A DNA stretch of 51,567 bases, taken from a virus (Duplodnaviria > Caudoviricetes). The translations under genes and the position numbers were made by a program. How positions within the stretch are numbered: the stretch's first letter is position 1; each line of letters begins with the position of its first letter. This document shows, one piece after another, positions 1 through 6,264 of the stretch. The notes under the pieces were generated by a model, which was not told where the DNA came from, did not search any database, and worked only from the letters and a program-made list of their open reading frames with translations. Where the stretch lies: IMG/VR virus record IMGVR_UViG_3300022913_000001, positions 1 to 51,567 of that record. One strand, given 5' to 3'.

Positions 1-127
1 AAATGATGAGATTTTAGTTTCTGAATTAAAAGATTATATTGACTATTTAAAAAGCATTTATTCGTTAAACAACGAATTTAATTCAGCAATTAAAGCTTTA
101 GATGCAACAGAACAATCAAAAATGATT
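1..127 (+). repeat. 127-bp terminal direct repeat, identical to 51441-51567 (assembly overlap)
   Basis: aaatgatgag...caaaaatgatt occurs at both ends, and a reading frame runs through the junction. Confidence 0.95.
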
Positions 128-358
128 GATTTGTTAGATTTAAATAAAGACGAATTAAATGAAAATAATAAAACATTTAAAGCAATTTTAAATTTAATTA
201 AAGCTGTTTCTTCTTCGGAAACAACAGAACAAAAAAATATTAGAGAAAAAAATAATTATTTTGTAAAAAAAGCAATTACAGAAGTTTTAAATTTAAGAAT
301 TGATAAAACAAAAACAGAAGTTACCGATGCAATATCTACTATAAAAAACAAACCATAA
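1..358 (+). CDS. C-terminal part of the origin-spanning 239-aa lipoprotein that starts at 51079
   Basis: ORF 122..358 is in frame with the ORF from 51079 once the overlap is collapsed. Confidence 0.85.
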   Translation, partial: NDEILVSELKDYIDYLKSIYSLNNEFNSAIKALDATEQSKMIDLLDLNKDELNENNKTFKAILNLIKAVSSSETTEQKNIREKNNYFVKKAITEVLNLRIDKTKTEVTDAISTIKNKP

Positions 359-380
359 CCAACCCTTCCTTCCTTTTCAA

Positions 381-405
381 AAACCTCCGTTCTGGAGGTT
401 TTTTT
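381..405 (+). terminator. Rho-independent terminator
   Basis: AAACCTCC-GTTCT-GGAGGTTT followed by a T-run. Confidence 0.8.
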
Positions 406-412
406 GTATCTG

Positions 413-432
413 TGTTATAATTAATTATAACA
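413..432. promoter_or_regulatory. Perfect 20-bp palindrome TGTTATAATTAATTATAACA (genome-wide promoter/operator motif)
   Basis: Same or 1-3 mismatch motif at about 2492, 24930, 25016, 36749, 38861, 40884, 42522, 43467, 44645, 45801 and 48482. Confidence 0.85.
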
Positions 433-452
433 AACATCATTTACAAATTATT

Positions 453-1049
453 ATGAATTTAATTTTTTTAAAACAGCAGTATAAAAAATCAGTTGAGCGT
501 GAATCTCAAAATAAATCATCAAACCAAAAAGCTTTAGAAGAAAAAAACAAAAAGTTACATCTTGTTTTAGATTCTTTTACCGTTAGCTCCAAATCTTGCT
601 TTAATGCTAGGCAAATTGCAACTAAATGCAATATCAAATTTAAATTTTTAAATAAAAATTTAACTGAAAAACAGAAAGTTTTTTTGAAAAGAAAAACTGC
701 TAGATATTTAAGAGTTCTACTGAAGCATGATTTACCTTTTGGTAAAATTAAAATCAAAACAAAACTAACTACAAGGGAGCTTTGGATACCATTAAACAAT
801 AAGCCGCCAGAATATTCTAATGAAGAAAGTTTTTTTAAATTATCTAGAGGGTGCCTTAGTTCTACTCAAATACATAAAGAGGTTCATGGTTTTTTTCATA
901 GCAAAATTGACAGCAACAAAAAACACCTACTAAAATTAAAACGACAACGGTACATTAGGTTACTAACTAGAAGAGGCTGCGATCACAAAACTATTAAACA
1001 AATTTTTATTGTTCGTGGATCTTTTATTAAAACTAATGAATTATATTAA
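453..1049 (+). CDS. Basic hypothetical protein, possible HTH DNA-binding protein
   Basis: 198-aa Lys-rich ORF; its C-terminal LLTRRGCDHKTIKQIF resembles the HTH of the 1420..1812 protein. Confidence 0.6.
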   Translation: MNLIFLKQQYKKSVERESQNKSSNQKALEEKNKKLHLVLDSFTVSSKSCFNARQIATKCNIKFKFLNKNLTEKQKVFLKRKTARYLRVLLKHDLPFGKIKIKTKLTTRELWIPLNNKPPEYSNEESFFKLSRGCLSSTQIHKEVHGFFHSKIDSNKKHLLKLKRQRYIRLLTRRGCDHKTIKQIFIVRGSFIKTNELY

Positions 1050-1063
1050 AAAAGGATAATATT

Positions 1064-1426
1064 ATGACAACAACAAAACACTTTAACAAAAACACAGACA
1101 AGAGGATTACTTGCCCTTGTTGCCCTGAACAAGATGTTCTTCCAGCTGTATATATTGTATTAGAAATGATTAGAAACCACTTTGGTAGACCTGTTAAAAT
1201 CAACAGTGGCTACAGATGCATTAACTATAATAAAAAAATAGGTGGAGTGTCTAATTCAAAGCACACGAAGGGACTTGCAGTTGATGTTGTGGTTGTAGGC
1301 ATACCTCCAAAATTAGTTTATGAATTCTTAGATAATCTTTTTCCGAATTCTTTTGGATTGGGCTTATATAATAACTTTACTCATGTTGATGTTAGATCCA
1401 AAAAAGCTAGGTGGTCAAAATGTTAG
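1064..1426 (+). CDS. Peptidase M15A family endolysin (Zn D-Ala-D-Ala/L-Ala-D-Glu peptidase)
   Basis: CPCC, SGYRC..YN..IGG...S.H..G.A.D and GLGLY..FTHVDVR...ARW motifs. Confidence 0.88.
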   Translation: MTTTKHFNKNTDKRITCPCCPEQDVLPAVYIVLEMIRNHFGRPVKINSGYRCINYNKKIGGVSNSKHTKGLAVDVVVVGIPPKLVYEFLDNLFPNSFGLGLYNNFTHVDVRSKKARWSKC

Positions 1427-1812
1427 CAAATATTTATAATCAATGTAAAAAAATAAAACAGCATGAGAATGAGTTATCTAAATTAATTAGTGGCGGAATG
1501 CCTAGCAGATCTGTTAGAACAAAGCAGTTTTTAGCATCACAAGCAAAATGCAGGCAAATTGTTCAAAGCCACTGGGGTGAAATAATTAACTCTTATTACT
1601 CCATTCAACAAGTTTCGGCTCGGTTTAAATTTTCATTTAGGTTGATTAAATCAATACTAACTGAAACTCAAAAGCAGCAACTTAGAATTAAGTTTGAAAA
1701 AAAACTTCTTGATTTGTTAAAGCGTGGATGCTCTGTTAAAGAAATAGCTAAATTTTTTGAGGTTAGCACAACATTTATTAGACAAGAAATCATTAAATTA
1801 AAAAAAGGATAA
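1420..1812 (+). CDS. HTH-domain protein
   Basis: C-terminal LLKRGCSVKEIAKFFEVSTTFIRQEI helix-turn-helix pattern; ATG at 1420 overlaps the endolysin stop. Confidence 0.7.
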   Translation: MLANIYNQCKKIKQHENELSKLISGGMPSRSVRTKQFLASQAKCRQIVQSHWGEIINSYYSIQQVSARFKFSFRLIKSILTETQKQQLRIKFEKKLLDLLKRGCSVKEIAKFFEVSTTFIRQEIIKLKKG

Positions 1813-1815
1813 ATT

Positions 1816-2109
1816 ATGTTTGATTTAATTACAACAATAAACACACCTGCACTTATTCAAAAAGATGATTTAATTATCCGTCAATTAGTTACTGAATATG
1901 ACAACAAGGTTGCAGCTGCTAAAGCTGCAATTGAAACGATAAAAGACCCAAAGTTCTTTGATGAAGCTCAAGCTTTTGGTTTACTTTATGTTGCTGCAAC
2001 ACAGTACGCGTATTCATCACCTAAACCGATTTATGATGTATATAGATCTGAATATGAAAGGCTGGACGAAATAAACACGGTTTATCCCCGTGCTTACGGG
2101 GAACACTAG
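1816..2109 (+). CDS. Hypothetical protein whose last about 10 codons are CRISPR repeat sequence
   Basis: RBS AAGGA; the ORF ends TVYPRAYGEH*, which is the repeat at 2078-2106. Confidence 0.7.
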   Translation: MFDLITTINTPALIQKDDLIIRQLVTEYDNKVAAAKAAIETIKDPKFFDEAQAFGLLYVAATQYAYSSPKPIYDVYRSEYERLDEINTVYPRAYGEH

Positions 2110-2409
2110 ATTAGGTTTGATTTTCATTTTTAGCAGCGGTTTATCCCCGTGCTTACGGGGAACACAATTAATGATTTTTGCCAATCTATGCCAATAGCGG
2201 TTTATCCCCGTGCTTACGGGGAACACGGTTAGCGGTGATTTTAGAGTACAAACTCTGGCGGTTTATCCCCGTGCTTACGGGGAACACAGTTCCAGCGATT
2301 GCCTGCAAACTGCTGTATATGGTTTATCCCCGTGCTTACGGGGAACACTTCCGCAAGTTTCTTTTCTAATTGAGATGTGTCGGTTTATCCCCGTGCTTAC
2401 GGGGAACAC
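2078..2409 (-). CRISPR. Type I-E CRISPR mini-array, 6 repeats (GTGTTCCCCGTAAGCACGGGGATAAACCG on - strand) and 5 spacers, no cas genes
   Basis: 29-bp repeats at 2078, 2137, 2198, 2259, 2320 and 2381; unique spacers of 30, 32, 32, 32 and 32 bp; CCCCGT/ACGGGG hairpin; same frame as the E. coli I-E repeat GTGTTCCCCG...CGGGGATAAACCG. Confidence 0.97.
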
Positions 2410-2490
2410 TCTTAACGAAATTACAAACAAAATCAACAACTTAAAAGCGTGCTTAAATGTTACCGAATTGTTACAGCGTATTTTCACTAA
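2410..2490 (-). promoter_or_regulatory. CRISPR leader with IHF site
   Basis: AATCAACAACTTA at 2431-2443 matches the IHF consensus WATCAANNNNTTR; TTCGGTAA (- strand, 2460-2467) resembles the I-E upstream motif. Confidence 0.8.
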
Positions 2491-2500
2491 GTGATAATTA

Positions 2501-2529
2501 ATTATAACAACTAATTTGACTATTTGCAA
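2501..2529 (-). promoter_or_regulatory. Sigma70-type promoter driving the pre-crRNA
   Basis: On the - strand, TTGCAA-17 bp-TATAAT with an extended TG, inside the phage palindromic motif. Confidence 0.8.
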
Positions 2530-2544
2530 ATTATATATTACAGT
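2516..2544 (+). promoter_or_regulatory. Divergent sigma70-type promoter for the Sel1 operon
   Basis: TTGACT-17 bp-TACAGT; predicted start near 2551. Confidence 0.65.
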
Positions 2545-2550
2545 ATAAAA

Positions 2551-2610
2551 ACTGGCTTAGGAAACGGTCGCCTTGCACCCCCTAAGCGTCGATAGCAATA
2601 TCGGCAAGGC
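2551..2610 (+). ncRNA. Candidate structured pseudoknotted 5' leader RNA, family unknown
   Basis: GC-rich island with crossing helices 2555-2561/2581-2587 and 2570-2576/2604-2610, plus a CGATA-GCAA-TATCG GNRA hairpin. Confidence 0.55.
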
Positions 2611-2654
2611 ATATCAAAACACCCCTCAAATTTCATTCATAGAATAGGAGATTT

Positions 2655-3116
2655 ATGGATACAGAAAATCAATTTAATAAAGCAATCAAGCTCTTAAAAC
2701 AAAAAAAATATACAGAAGTTTTTGATATACTTTTGAAGCTAGCTAATCAAGGACATGCTCCAGCTCAATTTCAGCTTGGCAAAATGTATGATTTAGGTAA
2801 AGGCGTAGATTTAGATCATCAGAAAGCTATTGAGTGGTACGAAAAATCAGCCGATCAAGGTTATATTAATGCTCAATTTAGCCTAGGTTCTTCATATTAT
2901 TTGGGTATAGGCGTAGAGCAAGACTACAGGAAAGCTGTTGAATGGTACACCAAAGCAGAAGAGCAAAACGATGCAGATTATAGCAAAGACGGTAAATTTT
3001 ATACTGGCGTAGACTCCATAGAATCGTTTAATTGGCACAAAGAAGCTGCAATTTCTGGGAAAAAATCAGCGTATTTTTATTTACTGGTAGATGGAGACGC
3101 AGCAAATGACTCATGA
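2655..3116 (+). CDS. Sel1-like repeat (SLR) protein 1
   Basis: AQFQLGKMYDLGKGVDLDHQKAIEWYEKSADQG repeats; RBS AGGAG. Confidence 0.93.
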   Translation: MDTENQFNKAIKLLKQKKYTEVFDILLKLANQGHAPAQFQLGKMYDLGKGVDLDHQKAIEWYEKSADQGYINAQFSLGSSYYLGIGVEQDYRKAVEWYTKAEEQNDADYSKDGKFYTGVDSIESFNWHKEAAISGKKSAYFYLLVDGDAANDS

Positions 3117-3753
3117 AAAGATGAAAGCTAAATTTAATGAAGCAGCTGCACTTCGTAAAAAATGGGAATATGAAGCAGCTTTTAATATTTTTTCTGAATT
3201 AGTAAATTATGCCCCAGCTCAAAACCAATTAGGCGAAATGCATCAAAAAGGTTTGCATGTAGAGAAAGACTACAAAGAAGCTATCAAATGCTTTACTAAA
3301 GCTGCTGATCAAGGTTTTGGCAAAGCCAATTACAATCTAGGAGTTATGCATGAAGAAGGCGAAGGCGTAGAGAAAGATAAACAAAAAGCTTTTGATTACT
3401 ACAAGCTAGGAGCTGATCAGTGTTGTGTTGAATCTCTGCACCATCTAGGATACGCATATAAAAATGGCTGGTATGGTGTAAAACAAAACTACAAGAAAGC
3501 TATTGAATATTTTACCAAAGCAGCTAATCAAGGTTATTCTTACTCTCAATATGCATTAGCTATGATGCATCACCTAGGAGAAGGTGTAGATAAAGATGAT
3601 AATAAGGCTCTTGAATTATTTAAACAAGCAGCCGAGCAAAATTATCCAACAGCTCAAGTAATGATTGATGAGATTAATAAGGAGCCGCATTGTTTTTCGA
3701 TAATGCAAAAAGAATATGATGAAGTTAAAAGGAAAAGAAAAAATGACTGCTGA
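3106..3753 (+). CDS. Sel1-like repeat protein 2
   Basis: About 4 SLRs (ANYNLGVMHEEGEGVEKDKQKAFDYY...); probable start ATG 3106 after GGAG. Confidence 0.93.
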   Translation: MTHEKMKAKFNEAAALRKKWEYEAAFNIFSELVNYAPAQNQLGEMHQKGLHVEKDYKEAIKCFTKAADQGFGKANYNLGVMHEEGEGVEKDKQKAFDYYKLGADQCCVESLHHLGYAYKNGWYGVKQNYKKAIEYFTKAANQGYSYSQYALAMMHHLGEGVDKDDNKALELFKQAAEQNYPTAQVMIDEINKEPHCFSIMQKEYDEVKRKRKNDC

Positions 3754-4690
3754 AAAAATAGAAGCTCAATTTGATAAAGCAATGGGGCTTTACAATCAAG
3801 GAGACTACAAAGACGCTTTTGATGGTTTTTTAAAGTTGGCTAATCAAGGACATCCAGAAGCTCAAAATATGTTAGGCAACATGTATGACAGGGGCGAAGG
3901 AGTAAAAATTAACGACAAAAAAGCCATTGAATGGTACACTAAAGCAGCCGAGCAAGGCGATGTAGATGCTCAATTTAATTTAGCTTTTATGCATAGAAAC
4001 GGTATTGGCACAGAAGTTAGTCACAAAGAAGCTGCAAAGTGGTACACTAAAGCAGCCGAGCAAGGCGATGTAGATGCTCAATATAATTTGGGCAAAATGT
4101 ATGAATTAGGCGAAGGTGTAGAACAAGATTACGAGCAAGCTGCTTATTGGTACACCAAGGCAGCTGATAAAGGACATATATACGCTCAAACCGACCTAGC
4201 TGATATGTACAAGCAAGGCTACGGTGTAGAGCAAGATTATAAAAAAGCTTTTGATTTGTATAGCAAAGCAGCCGAGCAAGGAAGCTCCAGCGCTAAAAGA
4301 GGGTTAGCTAGCATGTATTATAACGGTAAAGGCGTGAAACAAGATAAGCAAAAAGCCAGAAAATTGCATCAAGCAGCCGACAATAAACTAGTTCAAAATG
4401 CCAAAACCTTTGTTAATTCAGACAACAACGGAACTGAAAAAAATGTATCGGACCTAGAGTTTTACGGCAATAAAGATTCATTTCAGTTAATCTGCAAGGC
4501 AAGCTCTCAAGCAGAAGGCTGGATGAAGTCAACTAAAGCTATGGAAATCAAAGGCGTTGGATGCTTAGTGCAAGTTTCTACTCAACACGGAGCGAGTGTT
4601 GCTGAAGCATTGACTTTTGTACCAGAAATAAAAATAGCTTGGATAGATGACAGCGATCATTCTAAAGGGCGTAAATTAGTAAAAATATAG
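3743..4690 (+). CDS. Sel1-like repeat protein 3 fused to a C-terminal Acb4-like (anti-CBASS sponge) domain
   Basis: About 5 SLRs, then from about 4403 NVSDLEFYGNKDSFQLICKASSQAEGWMKSTK...GCLVQVSTQ...VAEALTFVP. The Sel1 call is firm; the Acb4 call is from recalled family motifs. Confidence 0.75.
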   Translation: MTAEKIEAQFDKAMGLYNQGDYKDAFDGFLKLANQGHPEAQNMLGNMYDRGEGVKINDKKAIEWYTKAAEQGDVDAQFNLAFMHRNGIGTEVSHKEAAKWYTKAAEQGDVDAQYNLGKMYELGEGVEQDYEQAAYWYTKAADKGHIYAQTDLADMYKQGYGVEQDYKKAFDLYSKAAEQGSSSAKRGLASMYYNGKGVKQDKQKARKLHQAADNKLVQNAKTFVNSDNNGTEKNVSDLEFYGNKDSFQLICKASSQAEGWMKSTKAMEIKGVGCLVQVSTQHGASVAEALTFVPEIKIAWIDDSDHSKGRKLVKI

Positions 4691-4696
4691 GAAAAC

Positions 4697-4963
4697 ATGG
4701 AAATTAAAAAACTAACTCCAGCAGATTTAGAAAGCCACATAGACAGCGCAAAAACTGAATTCATACACCGAGGAACATTAACTATATGCATTCTAACTTT
4801 GCATAATGATTTTTATGTTGTAGGTGAGTCTGCATGCATGAATAAGGCAGATTACAACAAGGATGTTGGCGAAGCAATGTCGTTGGGTGATGCTACCAAT
4901 AAAATATGGCAACTATTAGGGTTCCATTTAAAGCAAACAAAATACGAACAGGAAACCAAATAA
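4697..4963 (+). CDS. N4 Gp49 / Sf6 gp66 family protein
   Basis: TLTICILTLHNDFYVVGESAC...YNKDVG...A.NKIWQLLGF pattern. Confidence 0.8.
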   Translation: MEIKKLTPADLESHIDSAKTEFIHRGTLTICILTLHNDFYVVGESACMNKADYNKDVGEAMSLGDATNKIWQLLGFHLKQTKYEQETK

Positions 4964-5214
4964 TGAAAACATTTAAAGCAATCAAAAAACCGATACCAAT
5001 TGAAGTTATTCAGATTACAGAAAACAACATTGCTGATTGCAAGAAGTTTACTAGTGGCGATTTCTCTATGATTGATGATCAGATCACTATTAAAACCCTA
5101 GAGGGAACTATGACAGGTAAGATGGACGATTACATTATCAGAGGGGTTCAGGGAGAATTCTATATCTGCGATCGCGCTATATTTGAAGCAAGCTATGATA
5201 AACTTGACAGTTAA
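4963..5214 (+). CDS. Conserved small phage protein (KKP...TLEG...DYII.G..GE.Y.C...F..SY; PGDYG-like)
   Basis: Motif recognition; ATG overlaps the upstream stop (TAATG). Confidence 0.75.
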   Translation: MKTFKAIKKPIPIEVIQITENNIADCKKFTSGDFSMIDDQITIKTLEGTMTGKMDDYIIRGVQGEFYICDRAIFEASYDKLDS

Positions 5215-5232
5215 TTAATAATCCAATATTAT
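5204..5232 (+). promoter_or_regulatory. Near-consensus promoter followed closely by a terminator
   Basis: TTGACA-17 bp-TATTAT; 10-bp inverted repeat at 5236-5259. Confidence 0.65.
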
Positions 5233-5271
5233 ATAAACAAAGAACCATAGTTCTTTGTTGATAAAAAAATT

Positions 5272-5303
5272 AGGTTTCGTTTGTAGTCGAAGCCTTTTTT
5301 TTT
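5272..5303 (+). terminator. Rho-independent terminator
   Basis: AGGTTTCG...CGAAGCCT followed by a long T-run. Confidence 0.75.
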
Positions 5304-5330
5304 GCCTAAAATTTATAATTGTTCTATAAT
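5302..5330 (+). promoter_or_regulatory. Promoter of the LuxR-like gene
   Basis: TTGCCT-17 bp-TATAAT; RBS AGGAGG before 5362. Confidence 0.65.
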
Positions 5331-5361
5331 CTAGTTATACAAAACTAGGAGGGTATATATT

Positions 5362-6159
5362 ATGATTACTGAAAAACAAGAAAAGTCTATTAATTTATTA
5401 TCAGATGTATCTCAAACATTACTTACCAAAATTAACAATACAGGCATACCAGATGCAAACCTGCTGTCTTTAGCTTATTTTAATTTAGATGAAAACACAT
5501 ACACTCATGGTACGACTTGCAAAGGGTGGGGGCTTGATAACTTTGAGTCCAATGTTTTAAATACTACAGAAGGCTTGAGCAAAGTAATTAAAGACAAATA
5601 CGATCTTATCTCTAACACTGAATGGGAAAATGTAGCAAAAGATTCTTTTGAGAAAGATCCAAAAGTTAATGCAGACTATCCAGATATAGCCAAGTTTATT
5701 AAAATTAAGAGCGGTTACATTGGTGTTTGCCTTAAAGCTAAAGGTGTTAAATGTAACGATGAGAAAATACTGCATCAGTTATGTTATGAAGGACTTCATA
5801 TGTTGAAATCAATAGATAGATCCAGAATTGAGCATGCTGCAATTGAGATTAGTCCAGAAAACTTAATTGAACTAAGAAAAAATTATGCTAATGATACAAG
5901 GATTCTTGAAGAAAAAGAAAAGATATTTAACGGCACTAATGCCTTTAACCGTTTGCCAAGTCTTTTTATTGATGGTATAAAGTTAAGCAGCACGGAATTG
6001 TTAATAGTGCATGCTTTAACTGAATGCTGGTCTACTGAAAAAAGAGAAATAAATCATATCAGCAGAAGTGCAGTTTCTACATTTAAAAACAAAATCAAAA
6101 ATCAATTTGGTGCTTTTGATGAATTTGTTAGGTTTTTACAGTTCCGCAATATATTATAA
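5362..6159 (+). CDS. Putative transcriptional regulator with a C-terminal LuxR-type HTH
   Basis: LSSTELLIVHAL...S.....I.HISRSAVSTFKNKIKNQFG matches the GerE/LuxR pattern; N-terminal about 200 aa unassigned. Confidence 0.55.
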   Translation: MITEKQEKSINLLSDVSQTLLTKINNTGIPDANLLSLAYFNLDENTYTHGTTCKGWGLDNFESNVLNTTEGLSKVIKDKYDLISNTEWENVAKDSFEKDPKVNADYPDIAKFIKIKSGYIGVCLKAKGVKCNDEKILHQLCYEGLHMLKSIDRSRIEHAAIEISPENLIELRKNYANDTRILEEKEKIFNGTNAFNRLPSLFIDGIKLSSTELLIVHALTECWSTEKREINHISRSAVSTFKNKIKNQFGAFDEFVRFLQFRNIL

Positions 6160-6264
6160 TTGTTGCAATTTGCAAAAATTAATCTATTGTTTTATATTAC
6201 AAGAATAGACAAAAAAATAACAATTCTTAAAACATTAATTTAGCTAATAAGTCATAATTTATTT

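Noticed and set aside
1-127. Biological direct terminal repeat
   Set aside because: Exactly 127 bp is a common assembler k-mer length, and the repeat falls mid-gene, so it is best read as a circularisation overlap.
2107-2380. Self-targeting spacers
   Set aside because: By eye I found only partial matches (for example 16/22 nt near 49642), which are expected in AT-rich DNA. An exhaustive alignment was not possible.
2017-2529. ORFs 2017..2226, 2178..2369, 2210..2494 and 2275..2529
   Set aside because: They are translations of CRISPR repeats, spacers and leader.
2551-2610. Canonical pistol or HDV-like ribozyme, or a known riboswitch
   Set aside because: It lacks the pistol A-rich linker and GU site, lacks the HDV P3/L3 element, and matches no riboswitch consensus I recognise; kept as an unknown RNA.
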